Below, one piece after another: positions 40,599-50,044 of a stretch of DNA of 64,000 nucleotides. Source of the DNA: an uncultured Candidatus Saccharibacteria bacterium (GTDB taxonomy: Bacteria; Patescibacteriota; Minisyncoccia; Phycocordibacterales; JACNGX01); NCBI GenBank assembly GCA_964621395.1, contig CAZULS010000002.1, positions 87,306-151,305 on the forward strand, given 5' to 3'. A model generated the notes under the pieces. The model was not told the origin of the DNA. It searched no databases and saw only the letters and a program-made list of their open reading frames with translations. How positions within the stretch are numbered: position 1 is the stretch's first letter; each line of letters opens with the position of its first letter. The position numbers were made by a program, and so were the translations under genes.

Positions 40599-42425
40599 AT
40601 GTTATCCAACGACATTCGCACAACATTCCTCAATTTTTTTGAAAAGCGCGGGCACGCTATTGTGCCTTCGGCATCTGTCGTACCGGAGAATGACCCGTCG
40701 GTGCTTTTTACCACTGCCGGCATGCAGCCCTTAGTGCCGTATCTTCTCGGGGAGAGGCATCCGAGCGGTACGCGCATTGCCAATGTGCAGAAGTGTGTCC
40801 GCACGGGGGATATTGAAGAGGTGGGAGATAAAACACACGATACCTTCTTTGAGATGCTGGGGAATTGGTCGCTTGGCGATTATTTTAAGGATGATGCGAT
40901 TACCTGGAGCTACGAACTCCTCACGAGCACGGAGGAAGGGTTTGGTTTGGATCCGGAGCGTTTGTATATTACCGTCTTTGCGGGGAACTCTGACGCGCCA
41001 CGTGATGAGGAGGCGGCAGCGGTGTGGAAAAAGCTCGGTGTGCCCGAACACCGCATCTATTATTTGGAAGACAATTGGTGGAGCCCGGGAGAGAGCGGTC
41101 CGTGTGGTCCGGATTCGGAAATGTTTTATGATATTACCCCCGAAGGATTGGGTGATTTGAGCCACGAAGAATTCTTGGCGGCTGATGATGCACAGAAGGT
41201 GGTGGAGATTTGGAATGACGTCTTCATGGAATATGAGAAGAAAGACGAGAAGGTGATTGGGAAACTCTCGCAGAACAATGTCGATACCGGTGCCGGTCTT
41301 GAACGCTTGGCAATGGTACTGCAGGGGACAGACAATATCTTTGATACGGATCTTTTTGCGCCGATTGCCGCATCGATCCGTGAGAAAGCGGAGAAAGAGG
41401 ATGAGCGCGCGATGCGTATTGTGGCCGATCATATCCGCACGGCTGTCTTTTTGATTGAAGCGGGGGTGCGCCCGGGCAATACCGATCAGGGATATATTTT
41501 GCGCCGATTGCTTCGCAGGGCAGTGCGCTATGGAGATGTACTTGGTTTGGAACACGGCGCGCTTGTTGATATTGCCGGCGCTGCTCTCGGCTTGTATATG
41601 GATGTGTATCCGGAGCTTGCCAAGGCACGTGAGGTGATTGCAGAAGAGATAGGAAAGGAGGAGGAGAAGTTTAGAGCAACGCTCGCGCAGGGAATGAAAG
41701 AGTTTGAGAAACGATCAGTGAATGTTATTGTCGGAACACTTGCATTGGATAATGAGGAAAACAAAAAAAATAAGACTGAAAGTGTAAACTATCTCGCAGG
41801 GAAACAAGTGTTTGATTTGTATCAAACATACGGCTTCCCCATTGAACTTACACGAGAAATTGCCCATGAAAGAGGTTTGGAGATTGATGAGGATGGGTTT
41901 CGTGCAGAAATGAAAAAACATCAAGAAAAATCACGCACCGCGGCGGAAGGGAAGTTTAAGGGTGGATTGGGGGGCGACAACGAAAAGACGCGCGCGCTTC
42001 ACACGGCGACACACCTTCTTTTGGCCGCTCTGCGCAAAGAACTCGGCGAAGACGTGCATCAAGCTGGCTCCAATATCACCGAGGAGCGGCTGCGCTTTGA
42101 TTTTACCTATCCGGAAAAGGTGGAACGCGATGTGCTTGATCGTGTTGAGGCTTTTGTGAATGATGTGATTTCGCGGGATGTGGAAGTGTGCGTGGAAGAA
42201 ATGCCAAAAGAGGAAGCGAAAAAAGGCGGTGTGGAGGGAAGTTTCTGGGAGAAATATCCCGACACGGTGAAGGTCTATAGCATTGCACAGGATGGTGCTG
42301 TGTATTCTCGCGAATTGTGTGGCGGTCCGCATGTGGAGCGCACGGGTGGCATGGGCACATTCAGAATCAAAAAAGAAGAATCCTCATCTGCCGGTGTGCG
42401 CCGTATTAAGGCGGAGCTTGAATAG
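40599..42425 (+). CDS. alaS: alanine--tRNA ligase (short form lacking the C-Ala domain)
   Basis: LFTTAGMQP, FFEMLGNWS, DTGAGLER, HTATHLL, ELCGGPH. Confidence 0.97.
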   Translation: MLSNDIRTTFLNFFEKRGHAIVPSASVVPENDPSVLFTTAGMQPLVPYLLGERHPSGTRIANVQKCVRTGDIEEVGDKTHDTFFEMLGNWSLGDYFKDDAITWSYELLTSTEEGFGLDPERLYITVFAGNSDAPRDEEAAAVWKKLGVPEHRIYYLEDNWWSPGESGPCGPDSEMFYDITPEGLGDLSHEEFLAADDAQKVVEIWNDVFMEYEKKDEKVIGKLSQNNVDTGAGLERLAMVLQGTDNIFDTDLFAPIAASIREKAEKEDERAMRIVADHIRTAVFLIEAGVRPGNTDQGYILRRLLRRAVRYGDVLGLEHGALVDIAGAALGLYMDVYPELAKAREVIAEEIGKEEEKFRATLAQGMKEFEKRSVNVIVGTLALDNEENKKNKTESVNYLAGKQVFDLYQTYGFPIELTREIAHERGLEIDEDGFRAEMKKHQEKSRTAAEGKFKGGLGGDNEKTRALHTATHLLLAALRKELGEDVHQAGSNITEERLRFDFTYPEKVERDVLDRVEAFVNDVISRDVEVCVEEMPKEEAKKGGVEGSFWEKYPDTVKVYSIAQDGAVYSRELCGGPHVERTGGMGTFRIKKEESSSAGVRRIKAELE

Positions 42426-42426
42426 T

Positions 42427-42696
42427 ATGATGACAACAAAGGAAAAAATTATAGAGGCGATAGGGTATCTCGCCGCAATACTGGGTACATTTTTAATGCT
42501 TCCTCAGGTAATTAAGTCTGTACAGACAGAAAGTGTTGGAGATGTATCGTTTGTCATGTTGTGGGTGTATGCCATCCAGTGTCTTCTCTGGCTTGTGTAC
42601 GGTATTGGCATAAAGAAAGTGCCTCTTGTGTTGTGTAATGGCATTGCCCTTATCATTGGTATTGTGCAACTCTACCTTAAATTTACGTTTGGGTAG
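42427..42696 (+). CDS. SemiSWEET/PQ-loop transporter
   Basis: 3 TM, LPQVIKS, DVS, WLVYG. Confidence 0.88.
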   Translation: MMTTKEKIIEAIGYLAAILGTFLMLPQVIKSVQTESVGDVSFVMLWVYAIQCLLWLVYGIGIKKVPLVLCNGIALIIGIVQLYLKFTFG

Positions 42697-42700
42697 GATT

Positions 42701-43348
42701 ATGCAAGCAATTATTTTTGACATGGACGGGCTGATGTTTGACACGGAGACCATGTACTCACGCGTCTTTGAAGAAATAGCCCGAGAGAAGGGGAAACAAT
42801 TAACATTGGATTTGAAAACGAAGTGCATGGGGAAGCGTGCCCTTGAGGGGGCAAAAATAATTAGTGAAGAATGGGAGGGTTGTATAACACCTGAGGAGTT
42901 ACTTGCTCAGCAAGATGCATTGCTTGTGTATCTCTATGAAACTGAGGCGGAAAAACTTCCCGGTCTTGATGAACTTCTTTCATTCCTCAAGGATAACAAT
43001 ATTCGAATGTGTATCGGTACATCATCGCGCATGTTTCTCGTCGATATTCTTCTCGATCGATTCAATCTTCGCGATAGTTTCGAGTTTGTTGTGTCGGGGG
43101 ATATGGTGGAGAAAGGGAAGCCAGCGCCGGATATTTATACACTATGTCTTGAAAAACTCAGTCTTTCGGGAGAAGAATGTCTGGTCTTGGAAGATTCACA
43201 CAACGGTATGGTGGCAGGGAAAGCCGCCGGATGCATGGTATGTGCGGTCCCTTCGGAGTACACAAAGCACCAGGATTTTTCAGGAGCTGACTTAATTGTG
43301 GATTCGCTGGGTGACATACGATTACAGAACTTTATTTTGGGACGATAA
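42701..43348 (+). CDS. HAD-family phosphatase
   Basis: FDMDGLMFDT, GKPAPDIY, LEDSHNG. Confidence 0.93.
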   Translation: MQAIIFDMDGLMFDTETMYSRVFEEIAREKGKQLTLDLKTKCMGKRALEGAKIISEEWEGCITPEELLAQQDALLVYLYETEAEKLPGLDELLSFLKDNNIRMCIGTSSRMFLVDILLDRFNLRDSFEFVVSGDMVEKGKPAPDIYTLCLEKLSLSGEECLVLEDSHNGMVAGKAAGCMVCAVPSEYTKHQDFSGADLIVDSLGDIRLQNFILGR

Positions 43349-43510
43349 AGAAAGTTGAGCCGCGCGCCTGAAGAGCGCGCGGCTTTGTGTTTCTTGTTTG
43401 ACCTTTGTTATTTTTGTACATATTTCGTTTTCCATATTCCATCTATATACGGTATACTAATAACATCCTAGCTTAATTCGGTGATTCGTAATTCTTAATT
43501 CTCTTACATC

Positions 43511-44725
43511 ATGCCGCTTTTCTCTCGTCACTCACAAAAGGATGTTGAACTTGTGCTTGTATATGATATCGGCAGTGCTTCGGTGGGCGGTGCGCTTGTT
43601 CTTTTTGCTCCCGAAAAAAAGCCGAAGATTGTGTACAGCGTGAGACATGATATGGTATTTCAAAAAAATCTCAACGCGGCACGCATGGAGCAATCGATGT
43701 ATAAAGCCGTTGTATCTGTTTCAGAAGATTTGGTAGTGAGCGGCATTCCACATTTGCGTTTTACCACATTCGGTGCATTACGTCCGAAGAAAGCTTTCTG
43801 CTCTCTTGCGTCTCCGTGGATTGCGTCGCAGACCAGGAGTATTCACGTGGCATTTGATCGACCGCGGAAAATTCGTCAAGGAGACATTGTGAATCGTGTT
43901 GTACAAGAACGAAAGGCCTTTCTTGAAAGTGAGGATGTGAAAGAGCTTATCGGAAAAGACGAGCACATGATTATTGAGGAGAAGGTTATGCGAGTGCTTT
44001 TAAACGGATATGAAACCTCCCGACTTGAGAGCACTGATATTCGTACCATGGATATAAGTGCGGTGTTCTCCGTGGCGCCTCTTGGAGTTGTGCAGAATAT
44101 TTCCGATGACATACAAAAATCATTTGCTTCCTGTGAGGTATCGTTCCATTCGTTTTCCACTGTCCTTTTCAATGCCTTGCGCGACGTGACCGAAGAGAAA
44201 GAACGCGACTTTATCATGATTGATATTTCGGGCGAGGTCAGCGATGTCTCAGTGGTCAATGACATGAATCTTGTTGAGACGGTAACATTCCCCGTGGGAA
44301 AAAAGACGATTATTCGCCACATTGCTGAATCGGCGGGTATTGGCACGGAAGAGGCGTTGTCGTACATGCATCTTTCCCGTGAAGGGGAGATGACCGGCCA
44401 TACAAAAGAGAAGATAACAAAGGCGATTCAGAGTGCTCGTGATATGTGGTATCGCTCGTATGAACACGCTCTCACCGACCTTGCTGACACACACATGCTT
44501 TCTCATACGATGTACTTCACGTGTGATTCCGACGTAAAAGCATGGTTCCATGATGTGATTGATGATGCGGAAATGATTCGCTTTGGTGCTGAGCGCGATG
44601 AGAGTATCGTGCACGGTGTTGACCCGCTGTATTTGAGGGGGCGATGTGATATGGGGAGAGACATTGAGCCGGACGTGTTTCTTATGACCGGTGCGATTTG
44701 TGCACAGAAGGTTCTCATGCCGTAA
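43511..44725 (+). CDS. FtsA/actin-like fold protein
   Basis: YDIGSASV and IDISGEVSD resemble the phosphate-1 and phosphate-2 motifs. Confidence 0.65.
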   Translation: MPLFSRHSQKDVELVLVYDIGSASVGGALVLFAPEKKPKIVYSVRHDMVFQKNLNAARMEQSMYKAVVSVSEDLVVSGIPHLRFTTFGALRPKKAFCSLASPWIASQTRSIHVAFDRPRKIRQGDIVNRVVQERKAFLESEDVKELIGKDEHMIIEEKVMRVLLNGYETSRLESTDIRTMDISAVFSVAPLGVVQNISDDIQKSFASCEVSFHSFSTVLFNALRDVTEEKERDFIMIDISGEVSDVSVVNDMNLVETVTFPVGKKTIIRHIAESAGIGTEEALSYMHLSREGEMTGHTKEKITKAIQSARDMWYRSYEHALTDLADTHMLSHTMYFTCDSDVKAWFHDVIDDAEMIRFGAERDESIVHGVDPLYLRGRCDMGRDIEPDVFLMTGAICAQKVLMP

Positions 44726-44777
44726 GTACCGACGTGATATACTAAAAGAGAACCTTTCTCATATCCCATACATACAT

Positions 44778-46238
44778 ATGCAGCGACACACATTCCATGA
44801 TATTCGTCCGAGGAGAGGGCAGACACAAAAGCCCAAGACCAAGGCGCCGATACAAAAAAGAAGGAGTGCGCCCCTCTCTCGTGCAAAAAAAGAAACTCCC
44901 ACAGCCCCCGTGCCTGCCGAGAGCGATTTCTTTTCATATGTAAAAGGTGAGAGAAAAAAATCTGAGACGAAGAAAAAAACACCACCCCTTGCACCGGTGC
45001 CCCCGCGCAAGCCCCTTTTTGATTCCAAGGAATTTACTCCTGTCGGTGCCGGGGGGCGCAAGGGGGGAGGTGCTCTTTGGTGGATAGGGACCGGTGTTGT
45101 CGTTGTTGTGGCGATTGTGCTTCTGGACATGTTTGCCGGTGCGACGGTGACCATCACTCCGCGACAAGAAACCGTATTCATTGACAACACATTTGCCGCT
45201 GCCGAGAAAATTGAGGAGGGAAGCGCGCAGCCGATTATTCCGTACCAAACGGCTGTGCTTTCAGTGGAAAAAGAACAGAACGTGCCTGCGGCGGGGGAAG
45301 AAGAAGTGGCGTATCGAGCAAGCGGACGCATCGTTGTGTACAATGCATATTCAGGAGCCGACCAAAGACTTGTGAAGCGCACGCGATTTGAAGACGGTGA
45401 GGGACGTATATATCGTATTGATGAATCAATTGTGGTGCCGGGGATGACAGAAATCGACGGAGAAGAGATTCCGGGATCAATCGAAGTGACGGTCTATGCC
45501 GACGAGCCGGGAGAAGAATACAATATCGGACTGTCTGATTTTACCGTTCCGGGTTTTAAAGATTCAGGATTGACAGAGCAGTATGAGAGTTTTTACGGAC
45601 GAAGTAAAACTCCCATGGAGGGAGGTTTTATCGGGACAATTAAAGTGCCGGAAGAAAAGGATCTTGCCTCGGCTCGGGCTGTGCTCGAATCAGATATTAC
45701 CCAAGCGCTTCAAGAGCAGCTTGAAACAGATGTGCCGGAAGGCTACGGAATTGTAGAGGGGAGTGAGCATATTCGTTTTGAGCATAGTGATCCGGTAGAG
45801 GTGAACGACAAAGAGGTTCGCCTTACGAGCAAGGGCTTTTTGCAAGTTGCCATTGTTGATGAGCGTGCACTCGCACAATTTATTGCACAGCAAAATGTGC
45901 TTGAATACACGGGGGAGGATGTCTTTCTCTTGAATGGCGAGGATGTATCGGTATCGAGTGAGCGCAGTGTGGTCTCTTTGGCGGAGAGTGAAGAAGAGCA
46001 ATTTACCATCACCCTTTCGGGATCGGCGCATGTGGTGTGGGATATTGATGCCTATGCCGTTCGCAACGACCTTCTCGGGCTTGAGCGAAGTATGTTTGAT
46101 ACGGAAATGACTGCGTATCTCGATATTACCGATGCGACGGCATCAATCCGCCCATTTTGGAAGAGCGCTTTCCCTGAAGAGCCGGAAGATATTCGCATTG
46201 TGCAGATGATCGGCGGGGAGAAGGTGGAAGATGAGTGA
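44778..46238 (+). CDS. membrane-anchored protein with baseplate-J-like extracellular region
   Basis: basic N-terminus, one TM, ASGRIVVYN, TRF, VYADEPGEEYNIG, MEGG. Confidence 0.65.
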   Translation: MQRHTFHDIRPRRGQTQKPKTKAPIQKRRSAPLSRAKKETPTAPVPAESDFFSYVKGERKKSETKKKTPPLAPVPPRKPLFDSKEFTPVGAGGRKGGGALWWIGTGVVVVVAIVLLDMFAGATVTITPRQETVFIDNTFAAAEKIEEGSAQPIIPYQTAVLSVEKEQNVPAAGEEEVAYRASGRIVVYNAYSGADQRLVKRTRFEDGEGRIYRIDESIVVPGMTEIDGEEIPGSIEVTVYADEPGEEYNIGLSDFTVPGFKDSGLTEQYESFYGRSKTPMEGGFIGTIKVPEEKDLASARAVLESDITQALQEQLETDVPEGYGIVEGSEHIRFEHSDPVEVNDKEVRLTSKGFLQVAIVDERALAQFIAQQNVLEYTGEDVFLLNGEDVSVSSERSVVSLAESEEEQFTITLSGSAHVVWDIDAYAVRNDLLGLERSMFDTEMTAYLDITDATASIRPFWKSAFPEEPEDIRIVQMIGGEKVEDE

Positions 46239-46332
46239 ATTAAGAATTACGAATTATGCCTAGCCTGTGCCGAGCCACGGTCGGCCTAGGGAATAAAGAA
46301 TGAAAAGAGGCGCTCGCGCGCCTCTTTTTTTG

Positions 46333-46529
46333 CAAAAACAAACAGCACGAAATGTGCTGGGAAAAATAACGTGTGAGACTGTTCAAGTAACAGGTAAGCA
46401 GGATGGCCCCTATTCCATCTCGCATGTCTTGCGGGCGCAAGACATCCTGTAATCCTGTAACAGCCTCACACAGAAAGAACTATCTCCGTCTACCTACTGC
46501 GAGTCTACACCAGGTTAATATTTTGTCAA
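46333..46529 (-). ncRNA. candidate small structured RNA with promoter and terminator
   Basis: TTGACA-16-TAGACT (minus); 13-bp closing stem 46371-46383/46459-46471; terminator 46343-46359. Confidence 0.4.
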
Positions 46530-46635
46530 CCCCACTTCGCCAAGGCTTCGCGGGGTAAAAAAGGAGGGTAGTGAAAAAGAAAAAACGCATGTCCGTTGGG
46601 GTGGTTGGATCATGCGTTTTGCGTTTTTAGGAGGT

Positions 46636-47112
46636 TTAAGACCTCACGTGATATTTTTTGTTCAGGAACTCAAAGATGTCACCCTCTTTTTCTTCAAGCG
46701 TGCTTGGGTAGATCTCTGTGTTGTCAGGAGGATCAAGCCCCGGAGAGCGCTTTTTTCCTTTCATGCCGAAGATAGTAATTGTGTCTGAAATGTACATGTC
46801 GAGAGATTTGCGCCCTTTCTTTTCTCCGATAGAAACAAGGATTAAGTTAGAGGACCCCGGTCCGCTAGCCTCAAAGGAGAATGCAATGGGGATGTTATTG
46901 GTATCTGCCCATGATTGGAGATTACCAATAAACTTTCCGAAATAACGAAATGCATCGACGCATTTTTCGAGGTCTTCGGCGAGTTCTTCAAATGCATCTT
47001 CCAGAATTTCCCTCTCTGCCTTTTTATATTTTTCATATTCTTCTTTTAGCGCATCTTGCGCAGTGGAGAGGATAAAACCATCAACCTCTTTCAATGTTTT
47101 TTCTGTACCCAT
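46636..47112 (-). CDS. hypothetical protein (AT-rich orphan)
   Basis: 158-aa ORF with TTGACA upstream and a terminator downstream. Confidence 0.65.
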   Translation of the reverse strand: MGTEKTLKEVDGFILSTAQDALKEEYEKYKKAEREILEDAFEELAEDLEKCVDAFRYFGKFIGNLQSWADTNNIPIAFSFEASGPGSSNLILVSIGEKKGRKSLDMYISDTITIFGMKGKKRSPGLDPPDNTEIYPSTLEEKEGDIFEFLNKKYHVRS

Positions 47113-47277
47113 GGTATCATCTTTATTTTTGTTTAACCCAAAACACTATGTTTCGAGCAAAATACTGCTGATTACATATTATGGAATATATTGTTTTTGT
47201 CAAGCCCGCTTCGCTAAAGCTCTGCAGGGAGGGATGCGGACTATGATTCTTGTTTCGTAATTCTTCATTCTTGATTC

Positions 47278-47355
47278 TGAAAGAAATAATGCAAGCGCAG
47301 ATGTGATTTTTGCAATGTTGCAAAAATCACATCTGCGCTTGCATTATTTCTTTCA
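47278..47355. repeat. perfect 38-bp inverted repeat with 2-nt spacer
   Basis: tgaaagaaataatgcaagcgcagatgtgatttttgcaa-tg-reverse complement. Confidence 0.95.
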
Positions 47356-47380
47356 TGTGCTATGATATGCGCCAATCGTA

Positions 47381-47599
47381 ATGGCACACGACGTTTCAGA
47401 ACAGAATACCGTGCAGGGCACCGTTTTGGAGTCGCTTCCGAATACGGAGTTTCGCGTCACGCTTGATTCGGGCGAGGAGACAATCGCCTTTTTGTCAGGA
47501 AAGATGCGGCTTCACCGTATCAAGGTGCTTGTGGGGGATCGAGTTGCTATGGTGGTTGATCCCTACGGTGGTAAAGCGCGTATCATGCGCCGTCTCTAA
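47381..47599 (+). CDS. infA: translation initiation factor IF-1
   Basis: [24 protein letters not shown]. Confidence 0.96.
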   Translation: MAHDVSEQNTVQGTVLESLPNTEFRVTLDSGEETIAFLSGKMRLHRIKVLVGDRVAMVVDPYGGKARIMRRL

Positions 47600-47600
47600 T

Positions 47601-47714
47601 ATGAAAGTTAAAGCATCAGTCAAAAAAATCTGTTCGAAGTGTAAGACCGTCCGAAGAAAGGGACGTGTGTGGGTGGTGTGTGAAAATACTCGCCACAAAC
47701 AGCGCCAAGGCTAA
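47601..47714 (+). CDS. rpmJ: 50S ribosomal protein L36
   Basis: [14 protein letters not shown]...HKQRQG. Confidence 0.97.
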   Translation: MKVKASVKKICSKCKTVRRKGRVWVVCENTRHKQRQG

Positions 47715-47785
47715 ATATTTTTTTAATTTCCTCATTCTTAATCTCCCATTCTATTTTCTAACTCCTAATTTCTAACTTCTAAACT

Positions 47786-48163
47786 ATGCGAATCGCAGGT
47801 ATTACCATTCCAGAAGACAAGCGTATCGAAATCGGACTCACCGCTGTATATGGTGTCGGTCGTTCTCTTGCGCACGATATTCTCGACGAAGCAAAAGTTG
47901 AGTATGGTGCAAAGCCGAAAGATCTTTCCGAAGCACAGCAGTCAGCTATTCGCGATATTGTGACGGCACTAACCATCGAAGGTGATCTCAAGCGGGAAAC
48001 GGCGTCGAATGTAAAGCGCTTGAAGGATATCCAGTGTTATCGCGGTTCACGCCACGGACAGGGTTTACCGACTCGCGGTCAGCGCACAAAGACGAATGCC
48101 CGCACACGTAAAGGTCCGCGCAAGACGATGGGTTCCGGTAAGAAAAAGGTTGAGAAGAAGTAA
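47786..48163 (+). CDS. rpsM: 30S ribosomal protein S13
   Basis: RIAGI, RGQRTKTNARTRKG. Confidence 0.98.
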   Translation: MRIAGITIPEDKRIEIGLTAVYGVGRSLAHDILDEAKVEYGAKPKDLSEAQQSAIRDIVTALTIEGDLKRETASNVKRLKDIQCYRGSRHGQGLPTRGQRTKTNARTRKGPRKTMGSGKKKVEKK

Positions 48164-48194
48164 TATTCATGCTAGCATATTGGCTTGTATAGTA

Positions 48195-48389
48195 AGAATC
48201 TTTCTTAGTAAAAATGGCTTGTTATCGCGCCCGACATGTGAGCGAGACGACGATGCGGAGTGTAAGGTATATAGACATATGACGCACGCGAGCATCAAGT
48301 CGCAGCCACATGTCGGGCGCGAGAACTGCCAAGCAACAGCTTTTGCGTTTATTATTTTTTATTTTGCGGTTTTTACTAAGATAGATTCT
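48195..48389 (+). mobile_element. 195-bp structured repeat element, copy A
   Basis: ~20-bp terminal stem; aaatggcttgttatcgcgccc...gggcgcgagaac core. Confidence 0.7.
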
Positions 48390-48396
48390 TGATCCT

Positions 48397-48831
48397 ATGG
48401 GAAAAAAACGTGTCGCACAAAAGAAGGGAGGTACTGTTGACGCTGGGCTCCGCGCCCGCGCTCTTTCACGTGCGCCAAAGAAAAAGGTTGCCTCCGGTAT
48501 TCTCTGTGTGGAAGCAACATACAACAACACTCGCTTGACCCTCACTGATAAGGCGGGAAAAGTCTTGGCATGGAGCTCTTCCGGTGCCCTTGGATTCAAT
48601 GGTGCCAAAAAGGGAACACCGTTTGCCGCGGCAAAGATTGGTGAAGTGATCGCCGAGAAAGCGCTTATGATGGGTATGAAGGATGTATCGGTTGTGGTGA
48701 AAGGTGTTGGCATGGGACGTGAATCAGGCATTCGAGCATTTGCCGGAAAAGGTATCGACATCACAGCAATTTCCGATCGCACACCGGTACCGCATAATGG
48801 CCCGACACCGCGTAAGCCTCGTCGTGTATAA
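48397..48831 (+). CDS. rpsK: 30S ribosomal protein S11
   Basis: TYNNT, KKGTPFAA, DRTPVPHNG. Confidence 0.98.
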   Translation: MGKKRVAQKKGGTVDAGLRARALSRAPKKKVASGILCVEATYNNTRLTLTDKAGKVLAWSSSGALGFNGAKKGTPFAAAKIGEVIAEKALMMGMKDVSVVVKGVGMGRESGIRAFAGKGIDITAISDRTPVPHNGPTPRKPRRV

Positions 48832-48854
48832 TCCAGTATTTCAATTTCAGTATT

Positions 48855-49487
48855 ATGATGACCAATAGCAAATGTAAAATCTGTCGCCGTGCCGGTGAGA
48901 AGCTCTTCCTGAAAGGGGAGAAGTGTTTGACTGCAAAATGTACGCTTGTGAAAAAGCCGTATACTCCCGGACTGGCACAATCACAGCGTAAGCACCGCTC
49001 GATGGTGACTGAATTCGGTCGCCAGCTTAAAGATAAGCAGAAGGTGCGCAATATGTATGGCATGCGCGAGCGTCAGTTTGTGAATTATGTGCGCGAAGCA
49101 ATGAAGAAAGCGGGTAGTCCTGCAGAGAATCTTTTCGTGCTCCTTGAATCACGCGTGGACAATGTGGTCTTCCGCAGTGGCTTTGCCAATTCACGCTCAC
49201 TTGCTCGTCAGATGGTATCGCACGGACACATTACCGTAAATGGTCGCAAGATTGATATTCCATCATACACAATGAAGAAAGGGGATGTTATCGGTGTGCG
49301 CGAAGGAAGTATGAAGAGCCCGCTCTTTACCGATCTCGGGAAGAAGCTTGAGAAGCATTCTGCGCCGGTATGGGTGAAGCTTGACCCGAAGAAGGTACAC
49401 GCTGAGGTGATTGGCGCTCCGAAACTTGAAGAAGCGACGGATGCGGGTATTGATTTGCCGACAGTGATCGGGTTCTACAGTCGATAA
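48855..49487 (+). CDS. rpsD: 30S ribosomal protein S4
   Basis: CKICRR, KQKVR, LESRVDNVV, ARQMVSHGH. Confidence 0.98.
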   Translation: MMTNSKCKICRRAGEKLFLKGEKCLTAKCTLVKKPYTPGLAQSQRKHRSMVTEFGRQLKDKQKVRNMYGMRERQFVNYVREAMKKAGSPAENLFVLLESRVDNVVFRSGFANSRSLARQMVSHGHITVNGRKIDIPSYTMKKGDVIGVREGSMKSPLFTDLGKKLEKHSAPVWVKLDPKKVHAEVIGAPKLEEATDAGIDLPTVIGFYSR

Positions 49488-49543
49488 GCTATCCACAGAG
49501 CCTGAAAAAGTGTTGCCTTTTCGAGAGTTTTGTGTTACACTTA

Positions 49544-49728
49544 GAATCTAATCAAGATTTCAACGCAAGAGGATAAAAATCCATGTTGCTTGCCGGCTGA
49601 AATGCCCATATCCCGGCTGCAAATCGTTCAAAGCGTCTCGAAGTACGACAGTACTCCTTCAACACTTTTCACGATTTTCGCTCGAGATATGAGCATTTCA
49701 CGCTCGACATGAAATCTTGCTCAGATCC
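49544..49728 (-). mobile_element. 185-bp element, divergent copy with altered terminal stem
   Basis: core cgagcgaaaatcgtgaaaagtgttgaaggagtactgtcgtacttcgagacgc on the minus strand. Confidence 0.8.
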
Positions 49729-49770
49729 TTGTGTACGCGAAACGTAATCGCTGTTTTTCGTTTTATTCAA

Positions 49771-49965
49771 AGAACCGGTCTCACTGAAAATGGCTTGTTC
49801 TCGCGCCCACACTGCGAGCGAACCGACGTCGCGGAGACCATAACGTACTGTTTGTACGTTATGGTTGAGCGACAAGGTGCAGCCGCAGTGTGGGCGCGAG
49901 AACGGCGCATGCGCAGCTCCGGAATAAAATCTTCTTGTTTGAAGGTTTTCAGTGAGATTGGTTCT
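49771..49965 (+). mobile_element. 195-bp structured repeat element, copy B
   Basis: agaaccggtctcactgaaaa / ttttcagtgagattggttct termini; shared core. Confidence 0.7.
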
Positions 49966-50044
49966 ATAAGTCGTTCAACCGACCGACACACATTTCTGTG
50001 TCGGTCGCGGTGGCGTATTTTATTATATTTTAAGCCCCATTTTT

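Noticed and set aside
44778-46238. Prophage suggested by the baseplate-J-like gene
   Set aside because: No terminase, capsid, tail or integrase genes; the protein is membrane-anchored in a housekeeping context
49489-49497. DnaA-box-like CTATCCACA as an origin signal
   Set aside because: Single imperfect box inside a ribosomal operon
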